A stretch of DNA of 64,000 bases from Octopus vulgaris (GCA_951406725.2 OX597815.1:32798001-32862000), one strand, 5' to 3'; shown: positions 37,298 through 52,454, counted from the stretch's first letter. Made by a program: numbers and translations. The notes: generated by a model not told the origin, from the sequence alone.

Positions 37298-40200
37298 CAA
37301 CACGCACAGACATATATCTCTGTCTTTCTGTCTGTCTGCTGTCTATACAGACAGACAGATAGTGTCAAGTCAAAGATCTGATAACCAGAGAACTACTCCA
37401 AATAAATGTGTAAGTCTATACAACCTGAATATAGTCAGGCTGTTGACAACTGAATCAGCAACCATACTGAGCTTGTTTGGTGAGGAGGAGGATTATTAGA
37501 TATCCTATAGAACAAAAAGAACATGTCAAGATGGTGGTTAAAATGAAGAGAGCTAACAGTCATCCAGTACCAAATATGTACTCCATGACAACACGTCAAA
37601 TGAGCAGATATGTGTCAAACTGTCCAGCCACTACCGTCGTTATAGAAACAGTATGTCCTTGCCTATTCTTGCCTGTTTGTGTATTCTACTGCTCATTCAG
37701 AGATTGCTTGCCACTTGTATAAATTTAGCCAGTAACACTTAAACCTTCAGGAAGCATTATAATATGATACTCTTAATAACTCAAAAGTATACTGGATTGA
37801 TTGCTATCCAAGTTATCAAAGATTATACTAGCTATCTCCTTGTGAAAAATTCACTACAGTGCAATAAAGTGGTCCTTTATGTGAACCGGTAACTGAGATA
37901 CAAAGATGTGGTTGGGTGTAATATGAGGAAATTGAACATTGATACCTGTAGCTCTAAAGAAACATCAGTAGAGGAGAGTTGTGACTTTACAACATGGGCA
38001 GTCATCATTGACTATTGACAGACAGCCTTTGATATATAAACACATCATGCATGTGAAACCTCTAGTTGGACCACACACACAGGTAATTAATGATTGTTTT
38101 CCTTTCATTTTATTTTGTTTTGGAATGTAAAATGTAGATAACTGTGTGTGACCAACTTCTCTATGTGTATGAGGTTTCTTTTTTTCTTTTTTGTCTTTCT
38201 GCTAAACATGTAATCACAACTCTCGTTAACATTCTTTGTCAAATAATAAGTAATCAGCTACTAGTAAACAAGGTGTTTATTTCCAACGAAACCAAATTAA
38301 CTAGCTTCTAAGATTTTTTTTTTATTTACTTAAATTATAGCAAATAGTAAGGTTTTGTATGTTTTAAAATTAATTTCCTGAGGTTTAGTTGAAAAATTTT
38401 CTAGATCTCTGTTTTGTGAGTGAAGACAACATAACATGGTTAGAGGAAATTGTTTTAATTTGTATGTCTACAAATTATGTTTTTAATTAGACTTTTGCAA
38501 ATTTTTTCCCATCTCTCTTCTCATCTGTGTGTGTGTGTATGTACACATAAAATTTAGTTTAATATGCAACGCAAAATATAATTAGGAAGTATGAAAATTC
38601 ATACTAAAATACCAGTTTACATCACACACAGGCTGTGTTTTTCATTGGGACAGGACTTGTGTACCTATAGCAATCCTTTAAATACAGCTTTGAACCAGTC
38701 AATGTTAGTAGAAAGATAATAGTGTTGTTATGCCAACCATTATTACTGCTTGGAGACTAAAGCATCTGACCAACAAACATGGATGTAAAGGAGTGTAGAT
38801 GGTGGTTATAACCAACTGATCTAACAAGCAGGGCCTCATATCAGTAAGGAGGGCTGGTGCACATTGATGCTGTCGAGAGGTAGGCCCCGAAATGGCATGC
38901 ATTCTCTCCTGATGACCCTATATACTTGCTGGCTTCTGGTATGCGGAGCTTTTGACTGGTAGCACTTGCATGTACAAGTTGTTTGCAAGACATCTTTAAG
39001 TTGTTGGTAACCCCTTTATAGTTCCTCTGGATACCATCTAGTGGTGAGTGAAGCTTTATATACTATGGTCTTGGAAAATGAAAATACTATTGTCTTGGAA
39101 AAGCAAAAACCTCTCAGTAGGCAAGTGGCTCTATTTTGGTAATTGCAAGTGAGTTTCTGAGGTGGAGTCTGGACTGATGTATGTTTTCAAATGTGGTATG
39201 TAATGCTGGAAGTGATGTTAGTGAAGCAAGAATAGCAAACTACATTACATGCATTGGTCAGTTTGTGGTATGTGTAAAAGTCAGAAAGTGGTGCCTAATG
39301 AGAAATAGAAAGTTCCTAGCAATATTTGTAGTTGAATTAAACTAAATTGCTTTCTGCCTCCTGGCTCTCCTTAGATATGGGACAAATGGAGATTTTCATA
39401 TAGACCAACTTCTGAAACTTCTCCTGGCTTGGGCCTTGTAGGAAAGGGAGAGAGGTAGAGAGTGATACGATGTGTTGACACAGAATGCAAAGGGACAACC
39501 TTGCTATCAAAACTATCATGTCTTTCTTCCTTTTATTTATCTATACATACACAAATCACATAACTGAAAATGGGCTTAGAAATAACCCAAAGCATCACCA
39601 TTTCAATAATACCAAATTTATGTGCGCACGGGCGTGTGTGTGTGTGTGTACACATGTTGTTGTTGAATAGTATTTCATTTTTGGAAAATACTTAATAAGC
39701 CTTTAATCAACCATGCAATAGTTTGTTCAGATGTAAATTGAGAGTCTAGTTGATTACTTGAATGAAGTACAGGACAACAAGCAGTATTGTGAGTGTTCCA
39801 TCTCCTGCCATTGAGTTTGTAGTCAAAAACTTAATTTTGTAATTGTCAATTCCATCTAGTTGGACTGTAAAAAAGAAATAACTAATAGTTGTGAGCAGCA
39901 GCACCACAGTAAAATTGAGGAACGTTTTATGATCTTGAAGTATTGAGTTCAATGTATGCAGTTGTATGAATGGCATGGAGAGGTATGTCCTCACCTAAGC
40001 TATCTTACCTGAGGTACACCACAGAGTTTGTTTCCTACTCCATGGCTTATAGTGACAACTGATGATCTGGGACTGTGAGGTTTTAAAGCTGACACTTTTA
40101 ATGTACATGTATATGTTTGCCTATTGAAAGGTTTGTAAAAGTTTTGCTCCAACTTGTCCAGTTTGGCTCTTGTTTATACTGTAGCCACAGCTGTAACTGG

Positions 40201-40630
40201 GATATTTTAACCTTCACGCTAATGTTTCTTTTGCATTTCTTAATATTTAGGCAAGCTGGTAGAATCATTAGTATGCCGGGTGAAATATCTTAGCAGTATT
40301 TTGTTCATCTTTACAATTCTGAGTTTGGATTCCATCAAGGTCGACTTTGCCTTTCATCCTTTCAGACTCGATAAAATAAGTACCAGGTGAGCACTGGGGT
40401 CGATATAATCAACTTAATTACCCCTGAGTAGGAGTTTAAAAAAAGAAAAAAGAAAGTTGCATCATCCTACCAAGCTATGTCAAGTCAGTGTGGCAGAGTA
40501 GGCTCATCAAACCAGTATAATCTCAAGCTCAAATCCATAGCCTCTACATCAGTGGAAAAGACATGCTGAGGCCTTTGTCCTGCAGTGGGTTGAACATAGG
40601 CAATCCAATCAAATACAACACTTAAATTAA

Positions 40631-40800
40631 TTTTTTGGCTCAAATAGCAAAAAACAAGGCCATGTAGAGGGACATGGAGTTATGTACAGGGAGGGTGTTC
40701 ATGCAAAGACTTCAGGCCATTTCTGGTCAAGAGAGACTTTGAACCGAGCGGTCGTCGACTTCTTCACTATCTCGTCCGGCAGCTTATTCAACAGATCCGC
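40631..40800 (-). mobile_element. 5'-truncated CR1/L2-clade LINE 3' end
   Basis: Minus strand reads ADLLNKLPDEIVKKSTTARFKVSLDQKWPEVFA*, resembling the WNxLP..FKxxLD C-terminus of CR1-type ORF2, followed by a short 3' UTR. Confidence 0.7.
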
Positions 40801-41299
40801 ATGTTTCTTTTTGTCTTTTCTACAAACAACATTTTTCTCTTCTACTGTTCACTTCAAATTTGTTTTTCAGATTTACATTTTTTATCTGTCTCCATTCAGT
40901 TTACTTTCTGCTATCTTTTAATGGCAACCTATATTCATATTTTAAATTGCTATACTGTACTATATCATATTTTACACTATATCTATTATTATGTACTGAG
41001 GAAGTTACTTCTGAAATTTCTTACTGATGTCAGACTTCCTCAGTACTTATCTACAATTACTACATCTCATCTTAAAATAATTTGATGCAGAAAATAGAGA
41101 ACTGGAATATATACTTTAAAAATTGTTTAAGCTTAAAGAGAAAGAAGAAAATTTACCGAAAATTTACTGATTTATATGAATGCAAAGATTACATGTTATT
41201 CACATTTGCCCATGAGCAAAAGATTGTTTGGATGGATTAATAGTGAATGTCAACCTGAAAATGTTAGGTTAATTTAATGTATGTCTTAATGCTACAATA

Positions 41300-41368
<69 letters not shown>

Positions 41369-43599
41369 ACACACACATACATGCATAAAACTGTTTCAAA
41401 TAAACAAACTTAACTTTCTGCATAAATGTTGATGTTACTGTTTTGCCTGAGTCCTCTGAATGAGCACCTCTACATTAACAGGCATTCCTTCCATGAGAAT
41501 TTTTTTCAGGGACAGTGTATCTAAGACTACATTATCCAGTGTATATTTTTCATATTTAAAACAGTTGTATATGAGAAGAGATTTGATGGCTATTTCTAGC
41601 AGGTTGTATGTCCATGTAGAGTTTTCCTTCCTTGGCACAGTTTAATTTCATTAGTGCACTCATTGCATACATATACGCAACATTCAAGGAACATTTTCTA
41701 GAACTGAGATTAATAAGTGAAGCAAGAGAGATAGGTGGCATTAAATTAAAATGTATGCTCCTTGAAATATATTTTTTTTATGTACTATCATGCTTATGTT
41801 CTAAAATTGTTTAAATTCCACAGAAGTGTTTTCTCAGATTATAAATGTATTGAGGGAAAAAAAAGTAATTCAATTTTCTGTTTTTACTATTGAACAGTTC
41901 TATAATTACTGAGAGGGATGATAATATTTTAACTAGAAAAATAAATGTTCAGTGACTTGGATACAATCCACTTTTCATTGGATGAAAAGCTCAGTTTTAT
42001 TTGAGGCAATTAACATTCCCTGGAGCAAAGATCATATGCTATATTTATCATATTTCTGAAGAAAAATTTTCAGGAAGGATAAATTTATGATATATCTAAA
42101 AAAATCTCATAAATCAGTTAAAATCAAGATAGTAATATATTCATCCAGACTAGATATTTTATCAATAGAAATGCTTTATTTTGCTTATGGCTCTAATGGA
42201 AACCTAGTTGAAAACTCTTGTTTAACAACATCCAACCTGATAATTCACATTTCTGAATTTAACTTCTGACTTGTTCATTTTTTAAAAGTTGTATCTTTGT
42301 GAAAGCATTATTTCTATAAAGATATTACTATCAGTATAAAAAAAAATATTACACATTCTACATTGGTTAGTTTAGCTTATAACATTACCAATATTCTTTT
42401 AATATTGGTTTCAAATTTTGACACAAGGCCAACAAGTTTGAGCAAGAGGTAAGTCAATTAGATTAACCTCAGTGCTTGACCAGTACTTATTTTATTGACC
42501 TCTGAAAGGATGAAAGGCAAAGTCAACCATGGCAGATTTTGGACGAAATGCTGCCAAGCATTTTGCCTGGTGTGCTAACAATTCTGCCGTCTTGCCACCT
42601 TACATAGTAATAGTAATAATGATGATGGACTCTCCCATCAAAAACAATGTATGAACATTCAGCTTTTGCTGGACGACCTGCACAAATGATTTGTTTATAG
42701 TGATCAAATATATGTGCCATGCATTAGCTCACTCCTTCCATCAAATCAACATTGCCTGAACAGGTGCATGAGGTTCCACATGACAAATGTCAAAATGATT
42801 GAAGTGTTTTGCTCAAGAGCACAACACACCACGATTGTAAGTGCAGCACTCTAACTATCAGGCCATAATAATCTTGGCGCCTTTTCCCCATTCTAGTGTG
42901 GATCAAAAGGATATTAAAAGAATATCATTTTTTTTTTAAATTAAAAAAATTTTTAAGATACTGCCCTCTCACATTATATGACCTTCATTTTACAAAACAC
43001 ACAGCATACATTTTATTATTGCACCAGCTCTAAAGAGGTTGTCTTGTGCCTGGCAAGGCTGAAGAGTTTCCTCTTACTCTATATGTGCTTGCGTGTGTGT
43101 GTGAGCCTGTGCATAAAATATTAATTAAAGAAAACTTAATGCTAAATTGCAGAGTATATCATCAATTTTTACCTCTGTTTTTCTATGCTGGCAGGGATTG
43201 GACAGATTCCTACAGTCCAAATCAGTTCTTGTTCAGAACTCCCACCTTCTTAGTTTTGCATTTAGTTCACTCATATATGTACACTCACAAATAATAATTA
43301 TTACAATACCTTTTAAGAAACCAAAAGAGATACTTATTTTTTGGAATTGCATTTATACTTCTTGATAATATGGCTTGACACTGGCGCTGAGTGTCAGTAA
43401 AAGTACACTGTAGTGGTTTCATATTACCTTCTGAAAGATGATCATAAAACCTAAGAATTTTATGGTTTAAGTATATAGAGATGGAAAGGGAACAGTATCC
43501 AATTGCTATGTTATGGCAAAAGTTAAAAATAACACTGATATCTCATTTTAACAGATATATTTACCAAAATTACATAAAAATATCTTGATATACTAAAGA

Positions 43600-44322
43600 G
43601 TAAATTTATTAAGTAAAACACCCTTGGCTTCAACCACGGTCTCCAGACAACTTTGGAATCTTCTGCAACTCTTCTGGACAGTCTCCTAGTTTAAGTTGGT
43701 TAATGCTGCCATAATCCTTGCCTTCAGTCCATCTTTGGTGTTACAAGAAGTTTTGTTGGTCTCTTATTCAACTGCACCCCACACATAATAATCAAGGAGG
43801 TTGCAGTCTGGAGAGTTAGGTGGCCAGATGCTAGGGATGATGCTGTAGCAAAAGTTGTCTGACAGCCTTGACTGGCTTCTCCTGCTTGTACAGCATGGTG
43901 CAGAGTCCTGTTGCCAGACATAGGATCTACCAGCAGGCACTTGATGTAGGCCTCCATGTTGAGTATGAGGCTGTGTGAGAAGATGAATGGAGGCATAACA
44001 TCACATACTCCAAACACCATGATGTTGACTGGATGTTTGATTTTTATCTCTCTTGGTACATGTTTTGGGGACACGGAAAGCTAACAGTTATTCTGTGTGT
44101 TCATCATCTGTTTGCATTGGAGCTTCTGGCATGAATGCCAAGCAGTACAGCATGTCATTTCCAAATTTCTGGCAGAGTTAATTGCATCATGGTGCTGTTT
44201 GTCTCACAGACGGTGCCCAACTGACCCTACTATACAGTGTAGTTGACAAAAATCAAAAACAAACAATGTGCATGCACAAAATTAAAAACATAAAATGGCA
44301 GCAACTTACCCATCACCCCCTG
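43600..44322 (-). mobile_element. Decayed, internally deleted DD37D (maT-type) transposon; boundaries approximate
   Basis: Minus strand reads YVWQQDSAPCCTSRRSQSRLSDNFCYSIIPSIWPPNSPDCNLLDYYVWG (37 residues between the Ds). A TIR-like end (catcaccccctg) lies near 44322. Confidence 0.8.
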
Positions 44323-45783
44323 CATATGTATCTGTCTATCTGTTTATATGTATATATATGTATGTGAAGTGTATGAGAAGGCACACTGTAGATTCCCCAT
44401 TTAGGAAGGTAGTAACTCCAAATAAAAACTATCAGTGTAAGAATAAGAATTGTCAAGTAAGACAATTTGGATAATGTTCTTTATTCCACCATATAAGAGA
44501 AGTGAAATGTCTCCAAGATTTGAAATGATACACTCAGTTTTCTTGGAACTAAACCCTTATTCTGTTGGTGTCTGTTGGAAAAAAATTAAAGTAATGAGAT
44601 AGCATAAATGGTTCTGACTGAGTAAGATCCAACTGAAACAAAATCATAATCATCCATTTCTCTCAAATGTGCAATAACTTCAAAATAATATTACATGTAA
44701 GCTATATAAATTCTGATGGGTTTGTATATTGTTTTGGTTATTTAGCTACAAAATCAACCCTGATTAAGCAAACCCATGGTAACCATCCTATCTTTTTTTC
44801 AGACATAGCTTATTTAGGATTACATTGTTTAATATATCTTTCTTTTAGGATGACTGAATATAATTTGAGAGGAATTTAGCTTCTATTTTTGTGGCTGGCT
44901 GGCTGGATTTCCATGTAAAAACTTGCTTTTTGAATGCTGTGTATGTGTTTATAAATATTCTTCTGAGGGTTTTGAGAAGAGAGTGATTAAAATATTCATA
45001 TGACCTGACAAGTAGTAGCTATAGGTCCTTATTTTATTGACCTCTCTGGAAAAAAGAATGGAAGTCACCAAATTACAGAACCATGACATAAATACTGGTT
45101 ATTAACTAACCATCCAATCCCATCCTCCTTACCCTCTCCCATAGGATGTTTACTTGACTAGTTTCACCTATTGACATCAGTACAGGTTATATAGGTCTCA
45201 GGTGGGACACATACTTTTTGTTGATGCAGATGATGGTGGTGGTGATAGAAGTGATGGCTTTAGCTAGAATCATGGTGGAGATGGTGAATCTCTACCATGA
45301 CTTTGTGTTAGTAATGTTTTGTCAGTGATAGTGATGGTGTTATGGACATGGAAACAGCCAAAACTTTACTGATAGTAATAATCTAGGTCAGAAGCATGTT
45401 AACTTTGATAGTCCCTTTTTTCTTTCTTGTACTTAAGAGACTTCATTGTCCAATGTGTTCTTCCTATTTTAAGATAGTAGAGTGTCATTGGAGGAAATTC
45501 AGCTGCTACCTCTAGCAGGTCAACTGACTGCATAGAGACTCCTTTGGTGTTATGCTAATGAGGTTGTTAAATTAATGGTGGCGGCTGTAATTGCAACAAC
45601 TATAATTGTAACATTGTGTTAGGAGCTGTAATTGTCTTGGAGGTGGCAGTGGTGGTAATGTTTTTAGCTTTGTTTTGTCAAATTTGACTGCAGTGACATT
45701 ATAAACAGCTACTCGATATACTACCTGCACTGCACCGCATTGAATTTTTAGAACCACCCACCTATTCTGAACCACTTCTGTCA

Positions 45784-45947
45784 GGTGCAGGAGTGGCTGT
45801 GTGGTAAGTAGCTTGTTTACCAACCACATGGTTCCGGGTTCAGTCCCACTGCGTGGCACCTTGGGCAAGTGTCTTCTACTATTGCCTCGGGCCGACCAAA
45901 GCCTTGTGAGTGGATTTGGTAGATGGAAACTGAAAAAAAAGCCCGTC

Positions 45948-46006
<59 letters not shown>

Positions 46007-46213
46007 TGTGTGTGTTTCTGTGTCTGTGTTTGTCCCCCTAGCATTGCTTGACAACCGATGTTGGTGTGTTTATGTCCCTGTTACTTAGCGGTTCGGTAAA
46101 AGAGTACTGGGCTTACAAAAGAATAAGTCCTGGGGTCAAGTTGCTCGATTAAAGGCGGTGCTCCAGCATGGCCGCAGTCAAATGACTGAAACAAGTAAAA
46201 GAGTAAAAGAGTA
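45784..46213 (+). mobile_element. Full-length tRNA-headed SINE family B with internal (TA)n/(TG)n and (GTAAAAGA) tail
   Basis: A box tggctgtgtgg, B-box-like gggttcagtccc, tail repeat aagtaaaagagtaaaagagta. A highly similar inverted copy lies at 55406-55810. Confidence 0.88.
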
Positions 46214-47803
46214 TACATACATACACATATAGGTGTATGTACATACATACATGTTTACCTGAAATTGTAACACTTACAACCACTCTCACACATACACAAA
46301 CTGTAAATCAATTACTATTTTCCTTTCTTTGAAGTTGGTGGCGTTGCATGCTTGGTCTTTACTGTTTCGTGGGCTGATGTCGATGGATACCTTTTGTTTG
46401 TATATACCTGCACCTTTAAATCCAGGTCTACATAGCCATTTATTCACACGTGCATCTCGGGTTTTAATTAATTGGTCATAAAAGGAAGGTCAGCAGCTGT
46501 GTCCTTTTTTTTTTAGTTCTTTCAAGGCGGTGAGGTTGCTGTTCAGAAAGTGTGGGAACCTTGTGGGACTTGTGCCCTCTTTTCTTCATTGTAGTGTTCA
46601 CTATGCTTTTTGTATCCTTCACATTTCTTCTTTTTTGTTCTCTTTCCCTTTCTCATCCCTGCCACTTGCTCCCCTTTTTTTTCTCCATTTCTAGCCCAAA
46701 TTTCTCACCATGTCTCTTTTATATCCTGTCACTCTCTCTCTCTCCTTTCTCCCTCTCGTTGTCCCTCTCATGTATCTGCCCCCCTTAGGCCAGACTACGA
46801 AATGTAGGGGGATTAATTTTCTTGTTAAAACTGTATATTTTCTTTCTCCCCCACCACTCCCATCTCTGTTTTCATATGTAAGAAATGCAATAGCTGAATA
46901 ATTAAACTATCAAACTACAGACCCAAAGGCAGTGAATATGTACAAAGAAATATATTTATTTATTCTGATGTGAGGGCAGTTCTTTAGTACAAGTGAAAGG
47001 CTTTTCTATATTTGGTTTCTTTATTCTCAATTTCAAGTTCCAATCTTGTGTTGACTTTACTTTTCAACCCACTGGCTTAATGGTTATATTTTTTTTTCAA
47101 ATGTATTTATAAGTTAGTGAAGAAGGAAGAGATGGTGCCCATAATCGTTACAGATTGTATGTGGTTCATATTCAGTTTGGGAGGGAAAATGAGCAGAGAG
47201 GAAGTTCCAGAAGGCTGCATTCCAGGAAGAAAGTGTGTTTCATGTGGGATCTGGGTGATAAGATGCAATCAGAGTGAAAGAGGAGAGACAAGTGTGTCAG
47301 ATAGGCCCAATTGTAGGAGACATGCAGTTATGTAGCTCAGAGGAGCAGAGACCACTGTAGCAGCAGTAGATAAGAGAGAGAGAGAGAGAGAGAGAAGAAA
47401 CATCATGGCTGTGAGCTAAAGTTTGTAGTGTGTTGGTGTTTGAATCTTTGCCGAACATTCAAAAGATAATGCAGTAAAGACTTTTTGGCACAAAGCCACA
47501 AAATTGTAATGAGGATTATTGTTGATTTAAACAACCTCAGTGCTTGACTTATTTTATTAGCTCTCGAGAGAGGTAAAGCAAAGTTAACCTCAGTGATGTC
47601 CAATAATATTGAAATATAATTCATTGATGCTGACTTTCAGAGAGAGAGAGAGAGAGAGAGAAATATTGAAAGATTATATGAAATAAAACTATTTCCTGTG
47701 TTTTTCTATATAATAACAATAAACTGAAGTTATATATTTTAAAATGATTTGAAAATAATGTCAATTTTTCAATATCTTATTCTTTTACTGCTTTTGTTTT
47801 TAG

Positions 47804-47859
47804 GTCCAAATTCTACAACTGACCATAGTGATGATGAAGCTTATACTTCAGACAGACAG
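47804..47859 (+). CDS. Internal coding micro-exon (56 nt, phase 1-0), (S)PNSTTDHSDDEAYTSDRQ
   Basis: Long pyrimidine tract ttcttttactgcttttgtttttag| and donor CAG|gtatga. The phase matches the upstream exon (A+GT=Ser) and the downstream phase-0 exon. Confidence 0.75.
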
Positions 47860-49412
47860 GTATGAATCTGACCTTATTATAGTTGGTGTTGCACTGTGCA
47901 CTCAATGTGTTCCCCCACCTTTTTATGTCCTTTAGTCTTTTTTTTATTATTATTATTAAAGTGCATTTGATATTCCATTCATTTTTTAAAAATATATAAT
48001 ACCAAATAGGAAAAGGGTGATTTTATAACCTTAAAATATCATTGTTAAATAGTTTTGTGGTACTAAGATTTTCAGTAATTAAGGCTGTAACTTAATTTCC
48101 ATTTGGAACCATTTCACTTAAATTATTAAAGCTCTAGGAGAGGTTTAAATAACATGACTTCTTACTTCCTCAAAATTTATGAATCTGAGGCAGCTATAGC
48201 TATTAAAGAAATCCTTAGTTGTGACAGGTATCTGATTACATGGCTATGTTGTAAATGTCCTTTGGAATAGCAGAAATGTTTCAAATCCAGTTTACCCTTG
48301 CTCTATAAATCAAGATTCAAGCTTATGTAAAAGAAATAATTATGCCACAGTGTTTTGTGGTGTGGTGGTAGGGACAGATCAGTCACCAAGTGGACTGTCT
48401 GAGAAGTGTTTGCTATTCTATATCAAGCCAGCTACTTTGTCCCCCTTGATTTAAAGACAGCCGTGTCAAATTATTTAATGCGGTCTTGTGAAAATTTGAG
48501 CAAAAAAGAAAATGTTTTTATCAGGATAGATGGGTGGAACAAATAAATAGTCAAACTGTTGTATTTTCTCTTTTGTATTCCTGTCTGATATTCCTAAACA
48601 AAGGCCATACTGTTATTTAGTGTAAGTAGACAAGTAGCATTTCAAACACACACGCACGTTTTATATTTTAGAGTATAACTTCATAAAGCTACTATCAGTG
48701 AAGGTCAAATGAATGCCGTTCTGGAATGGCAAAATGTTTTAAATACTTATGTTCGTCCCCAAAGCTTCTACATAACTACACTGGTTATACAGAAATTGAG
48801 CAAACAAGGAAGTTTCTACATGATCAGTTGATCTGCTCCAAATAGCTGCTAAATCTCCCTCAAATCACATTCTTCTGTCTTGTCCAATATACTCCTAAAA
48901 CAATGGAGTGATTACATTACACTTGGAATGCTTTTGATTGTGAGTCAGCTCATATAGGTTAACCTTGGGTTAAATAACAACTACTATGTTGTCATAAAAG
49001 TAATATTACTAAATATATCCTCTTAGGAGAGGATATATTTAGTAAAATGGACACTACCTCTAGCTTAATCTGTCAGCCAGCTAATTGAATCTTCTCATGA
49101 ATACCCTTTTGTTTCTATTATTGAAAAACTAACAAAAGTCATTCAATAACATGATGAGGATAATAAGAGTAGTTATTGTTAATAATTATTGTTATTTACA
49201 TAAATATGGAACCTGAGATTCTATTTATTGACATAAAAGAAGTTGTGATGTTCAAGCCCTTCTGAAAAGTTTTAGTCTAGAGTTATTAAAAGTGTGAACA
49301 ATGATTTCTAAATTAGGTTTGATTTCTGAAAAATTAGGTTTGATTTCTATTTGCAAGACATTAGTATTGAGGTATTGTAGTAATATAGAGATATTAAATC
49401 ATCATATGCACT

Positions 49413-49760
49413 GAAGGTGCATGGCTCAGTGGTTAGATCATTGCACTCTCAATCATAAGGTTGTGAGTTTGATTCCCAAACTTGGTTGTGTGTTGTGTTC
49501 TTGAACAAGACACTTTATTTCACATTGCTCTAGTTCACTCAGCTGTAGAAATAAGTTGTGACATCACTGGTGCCAAGCTGTATTGGTCTTTGCCTTTCCC
49601 TTGGATAACATCGGTGGCGTGGAGAGGGGAAGTTGATATGGATGGGCAACTGCTGGTCTTCCATAAACAACCTTGCTTGGACTTATGCCTTAGAGGGAAA
49701 CTTTCTAGGTGCAATCCCATGGTCAATCATGACCAAAGGGGGTCTTTACTTTTACCTTTC
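49413..49760 (+). mobile_element. Older tRNA-headed SINE (related copies near 29633-29850 + and 42640-42866 -)
   Basis: catggctcagtggttag...gagtttgattccc head and gtgttcttgaacaagacactttatttcac body. Confidence 0.65.
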
Positions 49761-52454
49761 ATATGGATAAAGTAATAATTGTTTCTAATATAGGTACAAT
49801 GCCAGAAATTTAGGAGAAGAGGGTTAGTCTATTACATCAACGCCAGTACTTGACTGATGCTTTATTTTATCAGCTCCCAAAAAGCTTTGATAAAAAGCAA
49901 AGTCAACCTTGGCAGAATTTGCCCTGAAGACATTGTTACAGTGTGGACCAATGTCATGATGGTTGTAGAATGAAAGATGTGAAATGGTGGTGATTGAGTT
50001 GGGTTCAGGTTGTGTATAATGAATGTAAAACACCAGTGAACAATTAACAGAATTTTATTCACTACACATGTTGGCCTTGCATTAAAAATGCAACAACAAA
50101 GTTTTTACCCTGGAAATGACAATTCTGTAGTTATTACAAAAGTAGTTGGTTAAGTTGGCTCTGTAAATAAGCTGTCACAATAGGAGAAAATACCATGCTG
50201 GGTTCACAATTGCAAAACTGTAGCTGCTGCCTATGCGAAGGAATCATTACTGTTAAATGCAGCAAAATGAGAATGTGGTTAGCTGAGCTGCAATTACTCA
50301 CAAACTGAAATTTAGCTCCCAAAGCATGCCTATTTATATGCCTTGTTAGGGGATATTCTAGAAGATTCAAGAAAGTTGCATCATGTGGTTCTCAGTGCTG
50401 ATTGGTCCATAATTTGGCCGATCACATGAAAAGGTTGTTACTAAGCTGTGATTTTAACTTGGTTATTTGTTGAATCAGTTTTGAATCTGCTACAACATAA
50501 AGGGCTGGAATACCACAAAGTATTTTGTCTGGTGTTCTAGCAATTCTGCTCATCTGTTGCCTTAGTAATGATAGTAATAATAACTGTAATAAAGATTTCT
50601 AAACTAGCTATGTAGCTTCAGAGTTATTGACTGAATCTGAGAAGCTGTAAAGTTTATACATTTCTTGAAAGTGTAATATACTTAAGCCAAATGGTTCCAA
50701 GTGAAATTGTGTTGCAGACATTGTTTGCTGAGAATTTTAGCAGTAGTCATGATTTTTAAGTTATAAATGAAGGGCTGACATTGAGAAGTTGCAGGTTAGT
50801 TTACCCTCTGTCGTTCTTTAAATATCGAGTTAAGCTGTCTTGTAGTAAGGATTGAAAAAGATTAAACAGAGCATTGATATGGGACCTTGTTCCAAATTGG
50901 AGTACAACTTGCTTTATCAAACTTACCTGAAGCATAATCCTCATGGTCATTTTCTCTCTAGAAGATTCAAATCTCAAGTGAATTCCTGTTGAAGCCATTC
51001 TGCTACTTCAACTTGATTTACAACATTGAATGAACTATTGTGGCCATCACAACAATAACAAAAAAAGATGAGTTGAAACTATTCTAACCAGGAACTGAAA
51101 ACTAAACTAATTTCCAGTGATACTAATATTTTTAGAGATAATTCCTCTTAAGTTGTGTATAAATTTATGATAGCATAATGGTTGAATGGTTAAATTACTG
51201 GACTGATATGCCAGTGGTTGTCATTTATATCTGAATGTTCAGTTGTTGTCTTGAGATTGATTGGTGGATATAGTATAATGATTGATAGGCGTTATATTCA
51301 GCCCTGCTGAAGCCAACCTATGATGTATAGGTAGCAAATGAGAGAGCCAGACCTACAAAGGAACCACTGTGTAATTGCTCAACATAGTAGACAAGATGGC
51401 CAAATCTTCTTCAAAAGACACCCTGCTATTTTAAAAATGGAAGGAGACATTGGAGATGTGACTGACCAGGAAAAGATGGAATGGTCATGGCTGAATTGCC
51501 TTGAATCGTATGTCTTGTTAATCAGGACTGGCCTTGGGGTTGTACTACCATAACAACAAACAATATATGGTTGATGTTTGTTAGCATAGTGCTTTAATCA
51601 AACACAAGACTGGAGGATTAAACTTTATAAGAGCTTGGTAATTATACCTGTTATATCATTTCTTTTAATTACTTATCCAAATTGTGGAAGATGCTGCAGT
51701 TTAGAAATGAAATTCTTAGTCAGCCAAAATCTACAAACTTGGTTTCAGTTTCCAGTTATAACTAATTTACATCAAATTACTTGCTTCATCAACACCTTTA
51801 AGAAAGGCATAAGCACCACAACTTCCCCTTCATGTTCCTCTGAAACCAGTTAATTGTAGGGAGTACTGCTCATAGCCAAGTAGAAATTACAAACATTTGA
51901 TACCTGCCTGTATTTATTTTACTTATCAGTTTGTTTGTTTGTTTTTTGAAACCTGTTTGTTTATGTTTTTGATTTACATATAGCCTAGATAAAACCAGAA
52001 GGATGTTGAAATAAGCAGTTATGTCCTACATACCTGAAACACTGCTTGATGTTTGGTATTTCTTCCACCTACCTAGTCCTATTCCCCTAACTGTACATTT
52101 TTAATTAAACTAGCTGCCTCCAAGGTTTGGTGTTGCTTGTAGCAAGAATTATGATGATGATAATCATCATGATGGTAGTGGAGATAGTGAAAGGATGTAA
52201 AAGTTTTCTCGAGAAAGGAATATCTTGTAATGTAACTTTGATATATATATAATAAAAAAAACCAACAGTAACTCCCTAATTACAATGCCATCAAAATTAT
52301 CAAATGTTTTTTTCCTGTAAAGACTCATCACCTCCCCTCCTAAAAATCCTTATACTAACATAACATACATAAATACATTTATTTACATTTATACTTAAGA
52401 AGTGTGGTGTTATTTACAGAATTGTTGTGTTGTGTTAGCTTTAGTCTCTCTCCA

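Noticed and set aside
37990-38088. Donor CAG|gtaatt with a short upstream ORF
   Set aside because: The ORF ends in phase 0, which is incompatible with the next exon, and there is no clear acceptor.
45572-46088. Overlapping ORFs of 160, 95 and 75 aa
   Set aside because: They are read-through of a SINE and (TA)n (IYIYIY). The same peptides recur at the 55.6-kb SINE copy.
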